From a virus: 64,000 bases of DNA. Both the position numbers and the translations under genes were made by a program. Positions within the stretch are counted from its first letter, which is position 1, and each line of letters opens with the position of its first letter. Shown one piece after another: positions 10,065 through 19,085 of the stretch. The stretch is taken from the IMG/VR virus record IMGVR_UViG_3300036772_000271, positions 5,062 to 69,061 of that record; one strand, given 5' to 3'. The notes below the pieces were generated by a model, which was not told the DNA's origin, did not search any database, and worked only from the letters and a program-made list of their open reading frames with translations.

Positions 10065-10426
10065 CTTGCCCGTCGACGCGCGCGAGCCTTCGCGTTCCGC
10101 TCCTGCCGCAGCAGATCCTCAAGCCGTGTCTCTGCCGCTCGCCAGCGCCGCTGAGCCTCTTTCCGGCCGGAGATGTAGCGCTCCCACTCGCGCGCCAGAT
10201 CCTCGAGCACGTCGAACGCAGCGACCTCCCGGCCACACTTCCGGCAATGGCAGCGCCGCGTCTCCGGGTTCAATTCGACGTTGCCGGCTGGCCAGTGCGA
10301 GCAGTACGTCTTTGGTCGCGGAGTCGTTGCAAGTGGCCGGTCGTCATCGAGCTCGTCGCCGTCGGGGAAGAGCCGCACGACTGGGGCGAGCGGCTCGTCG
10401 GGACCGATCTCGACCTCGTCGCTCAC
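10061..10426 (-). CDS. Zinc-ribbon plus coiled-coil phage protein
   Basis: YCSH...CHCRKCG...AFDVL then coiled coil; start uncertain. Confidence 0.55.
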   Translation of the reverse strand: MSDEVEIGPDEPLAPVVRLFPDGDELDDDRPLATTPRPKTYCSHWPAGNVELNPETRRCHCRKCGREVAAFDVLEDLAREWERYISGRKEAQRRWRAAETRLEDLLRQERNAKARARRRAS

Positions 10427-10544
10427 CGGCGCCCGCGCGTCGTCGAGCCGGTGTGGTCCGGCGTGCCCCACCAGCCGTGCCACGACCAGCCGGGGCCGAG
10501 CACCAACGTCCACCGCACAACCGCGGCGCTCGACAGCGACCCGG

Positions 10545-10751
10545 TCACCCGTCAGCGACCGGCAGATCCAGAATCGTCAGCTGGCCGTAACGCGCCGACC
10601 CGAGCCGAGGGCGCGCCGCGAGCCTGTCGGCCAGGACGGCGAAGCGCTGCTCAAGGCCCGGGTCGGCGTTCCGCGGCACCGGCGGGCGCAGCGCCTCGTG
10701 CCGCGCGCACTCGGCCGCGGTGCAGCGCAGCCGCTCGAGGGCGGCGTTCAC
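10545..10751 (-). CDS. Hypothetical protein
   Basis: 68-aa coupled ORF. Confidence 0.35.
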   Translation of the reverse strand: MNAALERLRCTAAECARHEALRPPVPRNADPGLEQRFAVLADRLAARPRLGSARYGQLTILDLPVADG

Positions 10752-11041
10752 CCCGCCGTCCAGTCAACACGAACCGCGACGCACGGCACCGGATGCATCC
10801 TGAGCATTCCGGCCGCCGCGCCCGAGCCCGGCGCGACCATGACGCCCACGACCGCGCTCGCCGGCCGCCACTCGACCTTGACCTTCAGATGCAAGCCGGC
10901 GCATAGAGCCGCCAACGCCGGCGCGAGAAGCTCCCGGGTCGTCACCGCAGCCTCGAGTCCTTCCACCGCCGCACCTCGGCGTCCGTGCGGCGCACGGTCG
11001 GCGACGAGAGGTCCTGGCAGCGGAAGACGTACCGAACGCAA
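10748..11041 (-). CDS. Hypothetical protein
   Basis: 97-aa ORF coupled to the downstream gene. Confidence 0.3.
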   Translation of the reverse strand: MRSVRLPLPGPLVADRAPHGRRGAAVEGLEAAVTTRELLAPALAALCAGLHLKVKVEWRPASAVVGVMVAPGSGAAAGMLRMHPVPCVAVRVDWTAG

Positions 11042-11093
11042 TAGGTCCGCTCAGGCGCGGGCGGGCGCCGGCGGAACAAGCGCACGAGACGAC

Positions 11094-11657
11094 TCATGCC
11101 AGGCCGCCGACGACGAGAGCCGCGAGCGCGATCGTCGCAACATGCGCGACCTGGTCCGTCGCCATCCGCACGAGCGCACCCATGTCGACGATCAGCGGCG
11201 CCCCCGGCTCAGCCTCCGGCGCGAGTGCGACGTCGGCGTGCTCGATCGCGTGCTCCTGCCGGTACTTCCAGTAGACGATGAAGTGCGGCTCCCCCGCCGG
11301 CGGGGTCTGCCGGATCAGGGCGGACCACCACGCGAGCGGGGTGCGCGTGTCGATGATGAGGTGCGCCAGCGCCACAAGGATCGCTGGCCAGCCGAACACG
11401 GCCGCCAGCAGCGCCCCGTGGATGCCGGCGTGCACGAACGCCGCGGGATGCCGGTCCCACCACTCGCCAGGTGCCATCGCGAGCCGCGGCCACACGTTGC
11501 CGTCCGGGCCGTCCGTCGTGCCGGCAGGCCGCCACCGGATCTGCCTGAGCGCCTTGTGCTCAGCGATCCACGCGTTCTGCAGCGGCCAGTCCGCGATCAG
11601 GTGCGCGACGATGCCCCACGCCAGCAGACCGGTCGCCGACAGCGCGAACGGGTTCAC
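11094..11657 (-). CDS. DUF3307 family membrane protein
   Basis: AHLIADWPLQ, HAGIH, AHLIIDT, DQVAH histidine motifs in transmembrane segments. Confidence 0.8.
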   Translation of the reverse strand: MNPFALSATGLLAWGIVAHLIADWPLQNAWIAEHKALRQIRWRPAGTTDGPDGNVWPRLAMAPGEWWDRHPAAFVHAGIHGALLAAVFGWPAILVALAHLIIDTRTPLAWWSALIRQTPPAGEPHFIVYWKYRQEHAIEHADVALAPEAEPGAPLIVDMGALVRMATDQVAHVATIALAALVVGGLA

Positions 11658-11751
11658 CGCCGGTGTCCTTCGTCGCCGGGGAACGCGACCGCGCACAGCC
11701 CGAGCGCGACGCCGAGCACCAGGAGCCACGCCGCGACACCGACGAGCCAGA

Positions 11752-12159
11752 TCACGAGGTGCCCTCGGCCAGCAGCCGGTCACGCTCGGCGCGCATGTCG
11801 TCCGCGGCCCGGTCGATCCAGCCGTCGTACGCCGTCCCGTCGCGCGGCAACACGCAGCCCGGATCGACGCACTGCTCGTCGTGCGCGGCGTTCAGGAAGC
11901 ACAACGGGCACCGCTCAGAGCCGTCAGCGTTCGGGGCCATCACAGCGAGACCCACGAAGCCCATGATGTTGTTGACGATCGCCCAGTGCGCTCCCATCAG
12001 CGGGTCGAACGTCGTGAGACTCGCGGCGCCCGGTCCGGCCTCGAGCTCGGCGGCCATGTTCTCCAGCGCGCGCTCGCCGTCGCGCGCGACGAGACCCCCC
12101 AGGCCGCGCGCGTCGATCGCTGCACGCAGCCGATCCCAGTGGTCCTGGCAGAACTTCAT
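11752..12159 (-). CDS. Hypothetical protein
   Basis: MKFCQDHW...FDPLMGAH...CPLC; coupled ORF. Confidence 0.65.
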   Translation of the reverse strand: MKFCQDHWDRLRAAIDARGLGGLVARDGERALENMAAELEAGPGAASLTTFDPLMGAHWAIVNNIMGFVGLAVMAPNADGSERCPLCFLNAAHDEQCVDPGCVLPRDGTAYDGWIDRAADDMRAERDRLLAEGTS

Positions 12160-12413
12160 CCGGCCGGCTTCCCGGCATCGCCGAGCGCCCGACCAAGAAC
12201 GTTGGACGCCACGAAGGCCGTGATCCCGCTGACCCTGTTCACAGCATGAAGACCGCGCGCAGCCAGCGCCCCGTCGACCTGGCCTATCGCCGAGTCAAGA
12301 GCTATCCATGCCTCCACGATCTCTGGGCCGTCGAACGCCGCGGCCATCATCTGATCTGTGCCGGCCAGCCCCGCGGCGCGGATCTCTGCCAGGTCGTCAT
12401 CGCTGAGCGCCAT
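12156..12413 (-). CDS. Hypothetical protein
   Basis: Coupled small ORF. Confidence 0.5.
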   Translation of the reverse strand: MALSDDDLAEIRAAGLAGTDQMMAAAFDGPEIVEAWIALDSAIGQVDGALAARGLHAVNRVSGITAFVASNVLGRALGDAGKPAG

Positions 12414-12727
12414 CACCGCGCCCGCTTCCACCCGCGCGACCTGGCGAGGTACACAAGCGCGTCGAGAACGACGTCCTCGATCTCGTCTGCGGTCCGCTCG
12501 AGCCGCTCGTCGACGTCGCGGGCGTGCGTCGGAACGAGCTCGACGGCGACGCCCTGCGCGATGGTGCCGACGGCGTGCTCGAAGCCGCGTGCGGCGAGCA
12601 CGTCGCGCATCGCTTGGCGGTCGCGGGCCCGCGTGTCCCCGGGGGGCTGGTCGACCATGTGCCGCGTCGCGCCGTCGACGGTGACGGCGCCAGTCGACGC
12701 TCCGCTCGTGGTGGCGCGTCGGGCCAT
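12413..12727 (-). CDS. Hypothetical protein
   Basis: Coupled small ORF MARRATT... Confidence 0.45.
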   Translation of the reverse strand: MARRATTSGASTGAVTVDGATRHMVDQPPGDTRARDRQAMRDVLAARGFEHAVGTIAQGVAVELVPTHARDVDERLERTADEIEDVVLDALVYLARSRGWKRAR

Positions 12728-12737
12728 CAGTCGCGGG

Positions 12738-12992
12738 TCACGCGGCCGCGAGCGACGGCGCTTGCAGCACCGCCAGCAGCAGGTCGACATGATCGCCGCG
12801 TTCCTGATCCTCCAGCGGCGCCGCGGTCGCGAGATCCTCGGGGAACCCATCCTCGAGATGCCCCGCGATTTCCTCCGGCGTGTCGCCTCTGATCATCGCG
12901 GCGACGACGAGCTTCAGCTGCTCGCGCGTCCCGTCCGCGACCGGAACCGGCGGCTTCGGCAGCTCCCGGTCGCGCTCGTCAAATCCATCCAT
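12738..12992 (-). CDS. Hypothetical protein
   Basis: MDGFDERD...; GGAG RBS and palindromic motif upstream. Confidence 0.5.
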   Translation of the reverse strand: MDGFDERDRELPKPPVPVADGTREQLKLVVAAMIRGDTPEEIAGHLEDGFPEDLATAAPLEDQERGDHVDLLLAVLQAPSLAAA

Positions 12993-13015
12993 ATCGGCAG
13001 ACTCCCCAGTCTTTG

Positions 13016-13040
13016 GTTGCGTTACTAAAGGTAGCGCAAC
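13016..13040. promoter_or_regulatory. Extended palindromic operator-like motif
   Basis: GTTGC GTTACT AAA GGTAGC GCAAC. Confidence 0.7.
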
Positions 13041-13306
13041 GAGCGGCGGAATGGGGCGCTCGACCAACGAATCGTCAACACGAATTTGTGGTGCTTGCGG
13101 TAACGCAACGACGAGGCGCAGCGCACCGCGGCAACCCACGGTCTGCGCGGCACGAGGACCTGTCTCCCGGCCAGCAGCAGCGGTCTCCAGCCGACCGGGG
13201 CCGTCGGGCCCCGGAAGCAACTCCCGGGCCGATGTCGCTGCACGCGGCGCGAGACTGTCTACAGCCGCGTCAGGCAGCCGGTCGGCGGCCCCCGTGGCCG
13301 GAGGGC

Positions 13307-13345
13307 TTTCAAGACCGTCGCATTCAACCGCTCTGCCACCCCTCC
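13307..13345 (-). tRNA. 5' half of tRNA-Ser(UGA), probable attP identity block (not a complete tRNA)
   Basis: GGAGGGG-TG-GCAGAGCGGTTGAATGC-G-ACGGT-CTTGAAA gives acceptor 5' strand, D arm, anticodon 5' stem and loop; no T arm or 3' acceptor follows; 30 bp past the integrase stop. Confidence 0.8.
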
Positions 13346-13375
13346 AAGTCCCGCGCACGCTGGGCGAATCGCCGG

Positions 13376-14800
13376 TCACTGGTCCGGCTCGATATCGATG
13401 CGCTGCACGGTCACTGGACGGCCGTAGCGTTGCACACCCGGCGGCGTTACCTCTGGTAGCACGCCATGGTCGTGCTGCCACGACTCAAGGCCGGCCAGCA
13501 TGTCCGCTACCAGCGGTAGCGCAACCCCAGGGTCCTCGTCGTCCAGCGCGGCACGCAGGCGCCGCCACGCCACGGCGACCTCCGACGGCGCGTCTGGGCC
13601 GCTGTCGAGGAACGCGTCGAGCATCCGGCCGGCTTCTTCCTCCGCCCCGGGGAACAGGTGGCCGTACCGGTCGTACGTCTGCTGAATCGACGCGTGGCCA
13701 AGCATCTGCTGCACCGTCTTCGGATTGAAGATGCCGGCCGCCGCAGTCGCCGCGATCATCAAGCTCGCGAACGTGTGCCGGCCAGCGTGCAGCGTGATCG
13801 GCGCGACACCAGCGAGCGCCCACGCCCGCGACGCGCGCCCGGCGAGAGCCTCGTCAGAGAACGGCTGGTCACGCGCCGCGTTTCGACAATGCCCACCAAG
13901 CGACGCCCGGGCGAACACGAGACCGCGGCCGCGGCCGGCGCGCTGCCGATGCTCAAGCAGGATGTCGCGGAGCACCCCGGCGATCGGAACCTTGCGGTCC
14001 TGGCCAGCAGCGGTCTTCACGTCCACCGTCTGGCCGCTGACCGGGTCGTAGCTTCGCTGCACCCGGATCACGCCGGCAGCCAGGTCAACATCCGACCACC
14101 GCAGAGCCATCAGCTCGCCGCGGCGCAGCCCAGCGTAGATCGCGGTCGCCCACACCGGCCGGTCACGGTCCTCGAGCGCGCCCAGGAGACGCGGGATCTC
14201 TGCCGGTGTCGCGAATCGCAGCCGGCGTCCCGAGCCGGCGGGCACACGCACCCCGGTCGTCGGGTTGGTCGTGACGTGCTCGAGGTCGAGTGCCTGCCGG
14301 TACACCGCGCGCAGCGGGATCACGATGTTCTTCACCGTCTGCGCCGCGAGACCCCTTGCCTGAAGCGACTGGACGTACTCGTTCAGCCGCCCGCGGGTCA
14401 GCTGGTCGAGGCGAACGCCGCCGAGCTCGTCGAACAGCTCGTTCTCCATGCACCGGCGGTAGCCGCGCAGCGTCGACGGCCGGTACGGCTTGTCGCCCCT
14501 CGCCAGCACGATGCCGTTCTCCGCAGCCAGCAGCCACGCCTCCGCAGCTTCCCGCACCGTCGGTGCGCGCCCGATCGTCCGCTCCCCACGCTCGAATGCG
14601 CGATCGGTGTCGCGCTTCCACGACCGTGCGGCCGCGAGCGTCGCGAACGTCCGCGTCAGCCGGCCACGCCTCGGCCCAGCCTGGACCTGGTACCGCGGCC
14701 GGCACGTACACACCGTGAGATCGTCGGACGTCACCGCCGGGCACGACCGGGCGTGCCGGCGCCGCACCCCTGGCGGCAGCCTGTTCTGAGCGTCGCTCAT
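13376..14800 (-). CDS. int: Tyrosine recombinase / phage integrase
   Basis: AGLRRGELMALRW (R), K in DVKT, LHAGRHTFAS (HxxR), LGHAS (H), YDRYGH (Y). Confidence 0.95.
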   Translation of the reverse strand: MSDAQNRLPPGVRRRHARSCPAVTSDDLTVCTCRPRYQVQAGPRRGRLTRTFATLAAARSWKRDTDRAFERGERTIGRAPTVREAAEAWLLAAENGIVLARGDKPYRPSTLRGYRRCMENELFDELGGVRLDQLTRGRLNEYVQSLQARGLAAQTVKNIVIPLRAVYRQALDLEHVTTNPTTGVRVPAGSGRRLRFATPAEIPRLLGALEDRDRPVWATAIYAGLRRGELMALRWSDVDLAAGVIRVQRSYDPVSGQTVDVKTAAGQDRKVPIAGVLRDILLEHRQRAGRGRGLVFARASLGGHCRNAARDQPFSDEALAGRASRAWALAGVAPITLHAGRHTFASLMIAATAAAGIFNPKTVQQMLGHASIQQTYDRYGHLFPGAEEEAGRMLDAFLDSGPDAPSEVAVAWRRLRAALDDEDPGVALPLVADMLAGLESWQHDHGVLPEVTPPGVQRYGRPVTVQRIDIEPDQ

Positions 14801-15030
14801 CGCGCGGAGGCTACGTCGCGCGGCTCATACCGTCCAGCGCGCTCCGCCGACCTGTCAAGCCACCGCTCGATCTCGCTGACCGGGTACAGCCGGCGCCGGC
14901 CGCGCCGCACGCACCGCAGCTCGCCCGACACGTGCTCGTCAAAGAAGTCCACGCTCACGCCCAGTGCCTCCGCTGACTCTGTTCGGCCCAGCGCCAGGCG
15001 CGGCGTGCTGCCCCTACCATCCGCTCGCAT
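14797..15030 (-). CDS. xis: Excisionase / recombination directionality factor (HTH)
   Basis: LALGRTESAEALGVS...GRRRLYPVSEIERWL; directly upstream of and overlapping int. Confidence 0.75.
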   Translation of the reverse strand: MRADGRGSTPRLALGRTESAEALGVSVDFFDEHVSGELRCVRRGRRRLYPVSEIERWLDRSAERAGRYEPRDVASAR

Positions 15031-15217
15031 ATTCACCTTCCCCTTGCCGTGAGAGGTTGCAGTCGCCCACCCATGTTTTCGGGCACTCACGGGACGCGAA
15101 CATACAACCAACAAACGGCGTCTCAACTCGTCGATCGGCAAGCCGGCGGCTGACAGTTCTCGTCCCAGCCGTCTCTACCGGCCCGGGCAGGCCACCACCC
15201 GCCGGATCCGCAGGTTC

Positions 15218-15775
15218 TTATGCAGCGATCTGCCGGCCGTCACCGGCTGGCCGGCCCATCCGTGTCTCCGCGAGCGCGAGGAACTCGCGTAGCGCGTCGT
15301 CGCCGACGTCGTGGCGGCGCAGTAGCTCTGCGAACTCGCGGAACACAAGGTGCATTTCCGTCGCCAGCCCGGGTGCCGCCGGATGGCGCGGCACCATCCC
15401 GGCTGCCCGCTCCACCTGCCACCGCAGCAGCGAATGCTCAACGAGCGTCCGCAGAGCCCCGATGCGGTTCGAGTCGTTCTCGGCCGTCACCGCGACCGTC
15501 GCGAGCTCGTCGACGCTGAACCGAACCGCGGCGAGGAGCGCGGCGAACGAGTCGCGGCCGTCAGCGTCCTCGGGTGTCGACGTTTTCCAGTCGAGCAGGA
15601 TGTTCGCGATCTGGCGGGGCGTCACGCCAAACTCCGCGGCCAACCGAGCGGCCGGCACGCCGGCATGATGCGCCGCCGCGATCCGCGAGTTGCGGCGGGC
15701 ACGCTCCCGCGACGTCATCCTTGGCTGGCCGGGCCGTTTGGGCGGGTCCGGACTGAAAGATTCTTTCGCGGCCAT
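15218..15775 (-). CDS. HTH domain protein (possible small terminase subunit)
   Basis: RNSRIAAAHHAGVPAARLAAEFGVTPRQIANIL HTH followed by helical segments. Confidence 0.55.
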   Translation of the reverse strand: MAAKESFSPDPPKRPGQPRMTSRERARRNSRIAAAHHAGVPAARLAAEFGVTPRQIANILLDWKTSTPEDADGRDSFAALLAAVRFSVDELATVAVTAENDSNRIGALRTLVEHSLLRWQVERAAGMVPRHPAAPGLATEMHLVFREFAELLRRHDVGDDALREFLALAETRMGRPAGDGRQIAA

Positions 15776-15841
15776 TCCGTGACCGATGGTAACGCAGGCT
15801 GCAACCCGTGGCCGGCGCTCAATGGTCGACTCGAGGTCCGG

Positions 15842-16615
15842 TCACGACAGCGCGAGCCGCTCGAGGCGGTCGTACACGTGCTCGGGGCAGTCCGGGCCGA
15901 CCATCGCCAGCAGCACCTCGAAGTACCGTGTTCGCAGGTCGGCGTCCGGTGCCGCCACCACGATCTCAAACGGCCGGGCGGGCCCGATGAGGCGCTCACC
16001 GATCATCTCGATCGGTTTGCCAACCTGGATCTCTCCGCCAGCCACCAACGTCGGCTCCTGCACGGTCTCCTCGTCGGTGTCGATCGGGTCGCGCGGCGCC
16101 GCGGCCTGGTCCGCGGCGGCCGTCAGCGTCCAGATGACCGCCGGCCGGCCGCCGCTGCCGTCACGCTCTCGCAACCCAGCGCGACGCACGACCCTGGCGT
16201 CCTCCAGCTGCCGCAGGCACCGCGCCGCGTTCGATCGCGTCACAGCGTTGCCCAGGCCCTCGGCGATCGCCGGCGCGGTCTGCGCGCCATGGTCACGCAG
16301 ATAGTCAACGATCCTCGACATCTGGTGCTGCGCCAGCAGTTCGTCCGCGCCCTTCGCCGGGCGTGCCGGTTCCAACTCGACGGCCGGCTCGGGCCGCCGC
16401 TCGATGATCTCCACCAGTGGCTCCTTTCCATTGACGCTCCGCGCCGCGCGCTCGAGCTTCGCCTTGATCCTCGCCAGCTCCCGCGGGATCTCATCTCTCG
16501 CCAGGCCGAGCTTGCGACACGCCTCGTCGCTCAAGCCGCCGCGGGCGTGCAGCACCAGAAAGTTCTGCTCGGGCGGCGTGAGCACCGCGAGGGCCTCCCG
16601 GCCAGCGTCGCTCAT
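15842..16615 (-). CDS. HTH / winged-helix DNA-binding protein
   Basis: N-terminal LuxR-like LTPPEQ..L; central IVDYLRDHGAQTAPAIAEGL...GGRPAVIWTLT winged HTH. Confidence 0.65.
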   Translation of the reverse strand: MSDAGREALAVLTPPEQNFLVLHARGGLSDEACRKLGLARDEIPRELARIKAKLERAARSVNGKEPLVEIIERRPEPAVELEPARPAKGADELLAQHQMSRIVDYLRDHGAQTAPAIAEGLGNAVTRSNAARCLRQLEDARVVRRAGLRERDGSGGRPAVIWTLTAAADQAAAPRDPIDTDEETVQEPTLVAGGEIQVGKPIEMIGERLIGPARPFEIVVAAPDADLRTRYFEVLLAMVGPDCPEHVYDRLERLALS

Positions 16616-16803
16616 CCCGCCGCCGCTACGAGCCGCGCATACTCGTCGACGCTCAGCACTACGGCGTGCATCTGGCCGTGCCGCGTCAAGACGTACTTCT
16701 CACGATCGCCGGCGACGAGCTCGTCGACCATGCGGTTCAGGCCGCGCATGCCGTCGCGGACCGTCGCGAGCTCGTCGTTGCCGACAACGATCGACGCGCT
16801 CAC
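16612..16803 (-). CDS. Phd/YefM-like antitoxin
   Basis: TVRD...LNRMVDEL...YVLTRHGQMHAVVLSVDEYARL. Confidence 0.65.
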   Translation of the reverse strand: MSASIVVGNDELATVRDGMRGLNRMVDELVAGDREKYVLTRHGQMHAVVLSVDEYARLVAAAG

Positions 16804-16979
16804 CAGACGCCTCGCTCCCACAACTCCTCCGAGATCTGCGTGAGCAAATCGACTGAGACCGCGGCTGGCTCGCCGGCGTAGACCGCGGCGACGATGTCGG
16901 CGGTGCACGTCGGGAACCCGGCGAGCCGACACGCCGCTGCCGCCTCGTCGCAAATGTCGGCCAGTTCGCTGTCGGTCAT
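16800..16979 (-). CDS. Hypothetical protein
   Basis: Coupled 59-aa ORF MTDSELAD... Confidence 0.45.
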   Translation of the reverse strand: MTDSELADICDEAAAACRLAGFPTCTADIVAAVYAGEPAAVSVDLLTQISEELWERGVW

Positions 16980-17926
16980 GCCGTCACGAGCCGCATCTGG
17001 CAGTCCGAGCACAGGTCGCCGCCACGAGCCGCCGTCTCGAACGGCCGCTGGCCCCACACGGCTCCTGGCAGACGCCTGCGCGTCGCCTCACGCTCAACGT
17101 CGAGGATCGTGTCCTCGAACCACTCCGGGAAGAACGTCAGCAGATCCAGGCGCTCGCCCGGCGCCGCGAACGCCCCGCAGTTGCACTCGCCGGAGCGATG
17201 CATCAGCGCAGCGACGTCCGACTCCGGCAGCCGGTGCTCGAGGCGGTAGCGGCGCATCGCCTCGTTCGTCCAGTCGATCAACGGGTTGCACCACACCTGC
17301 GCCTTCACTCGGCGATGCGGTGCCTTCTGCGTCCGGGCGCGCCGCGCCGACTCGCCGCGCCGCGTGCCGGTCAGCAGCATGATGCGGGCCAGCCGATCGC
17401 CAGGCGCAAACTCGGCCTTCGCGTCGCGCACGAGCTGCTCGACGCAGCGCTCCTTCAACCGCGTGTACGCCACCCGGTGGCCGGCCGGCCCGGGGAAGCC
17501 GTGCGGCGCGTTGCCGAGACCATCGCCCTGCGCTCGGCCGTGACGGGCACGCAAGAGGTCATTGAAGTCGCTCATCCGCGCCGTCTGGTGCCGGGCGCGC
17601 CACACCACGAACTCCGAGCCGAAGTTGTGCCACCAGTCCGGGTCGCCGAGAACCATCACGCGGAACGCGTCGCCGGCACGCAGGATCCTCAGCGGCTTGC
17701 CGAGCATCCCGGCCATGTTCTCGACGAACTCGACGACGCCGGGCAGCGCCGTGCCGGTATCGATGAACGCCAGCTCGTCGTACTCGTCGACACACCGGTG
17801 CGCCAGCACCGTCGAGTCATGGCCGCCAGAGAACAGGCAGAACGTGCGGACCGGCCGGTGCTCGGCGCGAGCCGCCGCGACCAGCGCGTCAGGGTCGGCG
17901 GCGAGGCCGGGCAGCATGTCCGTCAT
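16976..17926 (-). CDS. PAPS reductase family (PP-loop) protein
   Basis: CLFSGGHDS, FIDTG, LKE, TGTRRGESARR, NPLIDWT, SGECNCG, C-terminal CxxC. Confidence 0.85.
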   Translation of the reverse strand: MTDMLPGLAADPDALVAAARAEHRPVRTFCLFSGGHDSTVLAHRCVDEYDELAFIDTGTALPGVVEFVENMAGMLGKPLRILRAGDAFRVMVLGDPDWWHNFGSEFVVWRARHQTARMSDFNDLLRARHGRAQGDGLGNAPHGFPGPAGHRVAYTRLKERCVEQLVRDAKAEFAPGDRLARIMLLTGTRRGESARRARTQKAPHRRVKAQVWCNPLIDWTNEAMRRYRLEHRLPESDVAALMHRSGECNCGAFAAPGERLDLLTFFPEWFEDTILDVEREATRRRLPGAVWGQRPFETAARGGDLCSDCQMRLVTA

Positions 17927-18129
17927 CTCGCCGGCACCTCCTGCTCCCACCGCTGCTGATGCGAATGCTTCAACGACACGGGCTTGCCCATCCCGACCCG
18001 CACGCACGGCCGCCCCTTCGGCATCCCGCACCGCGGGCAGTCGCGCCGCTCGTGCGCGGTACGGATCAACTCGTTCGCCGCCGCGGCGGCCGCCAGCAGA
18101 CGCTGCTCAGTTGCCGACGCGGCGCTCAC
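17923..18129 (-). CDS. Zinc-finger protein
   Basis: CPRCGMPKGRPC...H..R. Confidence 0.55.
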   Translation of the reverse strand: MSAASATEQRLLAAAAAANELIRTAHERRDCPRCGMPKGRPCVRVGMGKPVSLKHSHQQRWEQEVPAR

Positions 18130-18530
18130 CGCGCGCTCACCCGGATCGGTCCGTAGCCCGCCGCCAGGTTGAAGCCGATCGCCCGGGCCGTCGCGATCGT
18201 CAAATCGAACTCGCGGCCAGCAACGAACGGGCCCCGGTCGATGACGTGCGTCTCGATGCACCGCCGAGCGCACACCCGAATCCGCTTCCCGCACGGCAGC
18301 ACCTTGTTCGCGACGCCAAGCGTCCGGTCCGTCAAGTTCCCGCCGCCGCACGCGAGCGCGCCACCGGAGTCAGCGACACCGTAGAAGCTCGCGATCGCTG
18401 TGCGCATCGGCTGACGCGCGTCAATCTTGGCCTGCACCCTGCGCACGCACGCCGCGGAGTGGCACCGGCCGTGCTGGCGGGCGTCAGCGGTCACGGCCGG
18501 CGTGAGCGCAGTAGCGATGGTCGCCGCCAA
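18126..18530 (-). CDS. RlpA-like double-psi beta-barrel (lytic transglycosylase) secreted protein
   Basis: ASFYG..ACG..VANKVLPCG..VIDRGPFVAGREFDL; signal-peptide-like N-terminus. Confidence 0.8.
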   Translation of the reverse strand: MAATIATALTPAVTADARQHGRCHSAACVRRVQAKIDARQPMRTAIASFYGVADSGGALACGGGNLTDRTLGVANKVLPCGKRIRVCARRCIETHVIDRGPFVAGREFDLTIATARAIGFNLAAGYGPIRVSAR

Positions 18531-18641
18531 AGCGGCCAGTGGTCGTTTGATGCAATCGTCCTCCTCTTGCGTGTCGCCGCCCCGATTCGGGAACGGCCTG
18601 GTGTGCCAGCGCGCACTCAGCCAGCAGGTGAAGATCAGTCG

Positions 18642-19085
18642 TCATGCCCGGCCGGCCAGCACCGCGGGATCAAGAGGGACAAGCACCCACGCCTCGGCGA
18701 ACGCCCCCGCCTCCCACGCGTCGTCCCACGAGGTGGCGTCGTACCGCGTCAGCAACGCGGGGTCATGGACCAAGTCGAAGCCGCGAGCGACGACGCAGTG
18801 CAGCGCGACACGGCCGTCCGGCTCAGGCGGCAGGTTCAGCGACGGCAGCGACGCGATCCAGAGGCCGAGTCGCGGCACCATCGTTGGGTCGACCTGGACG
18901 AGGCAGAAGCCGTACCGGCCGACCTCGGCGTTCAAGCGGTCCCACCATCCCTCGCCGTGACAGTTGGCGATGGCCGTGATCGGCAGGCCGAGGATCGACG
19001 CGATGCACGCCGGCACGCAGTCGCCGCGCTCGGCCGCCGGATCGTTGCCGCCACCCGACTTCGTCTGTCGCAGCCAACGAGTCAC
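18642..19085 (-). CDS. Papain-fold/C39-like putative peptidase
   Basis: RQT...GDCVPACIASILG...HCVV...VHDP. Confidence 0.5.
   Translation of the reverse strand: MTRWLRQTKSGGGNDPAAERGDCVPACIASILGLPITAIANCHGEGWWDRLNAEVGRYGFCLVQVDPTMVPRLGLWIASLPSLNLPPEPDGRVALHCVVARGFDLVHDPALLTRYDATSWDDAWEAGAFAEAWVLVPLDPAVLAGRA

Noticed and set aside
13255-13345. Complete phage tRNA-Ser gene
   Set aside because: The 3' anticodon stem is mismatched and no T loop or 3' acceptor strand follows.
18555-18641. c-di-AMP (ydaO) riboswitch upstream of the RlpA-like gene
   Set aside because: Too short and lacks the conserved GCTGAA and CCCGTCAGCTAA elements.
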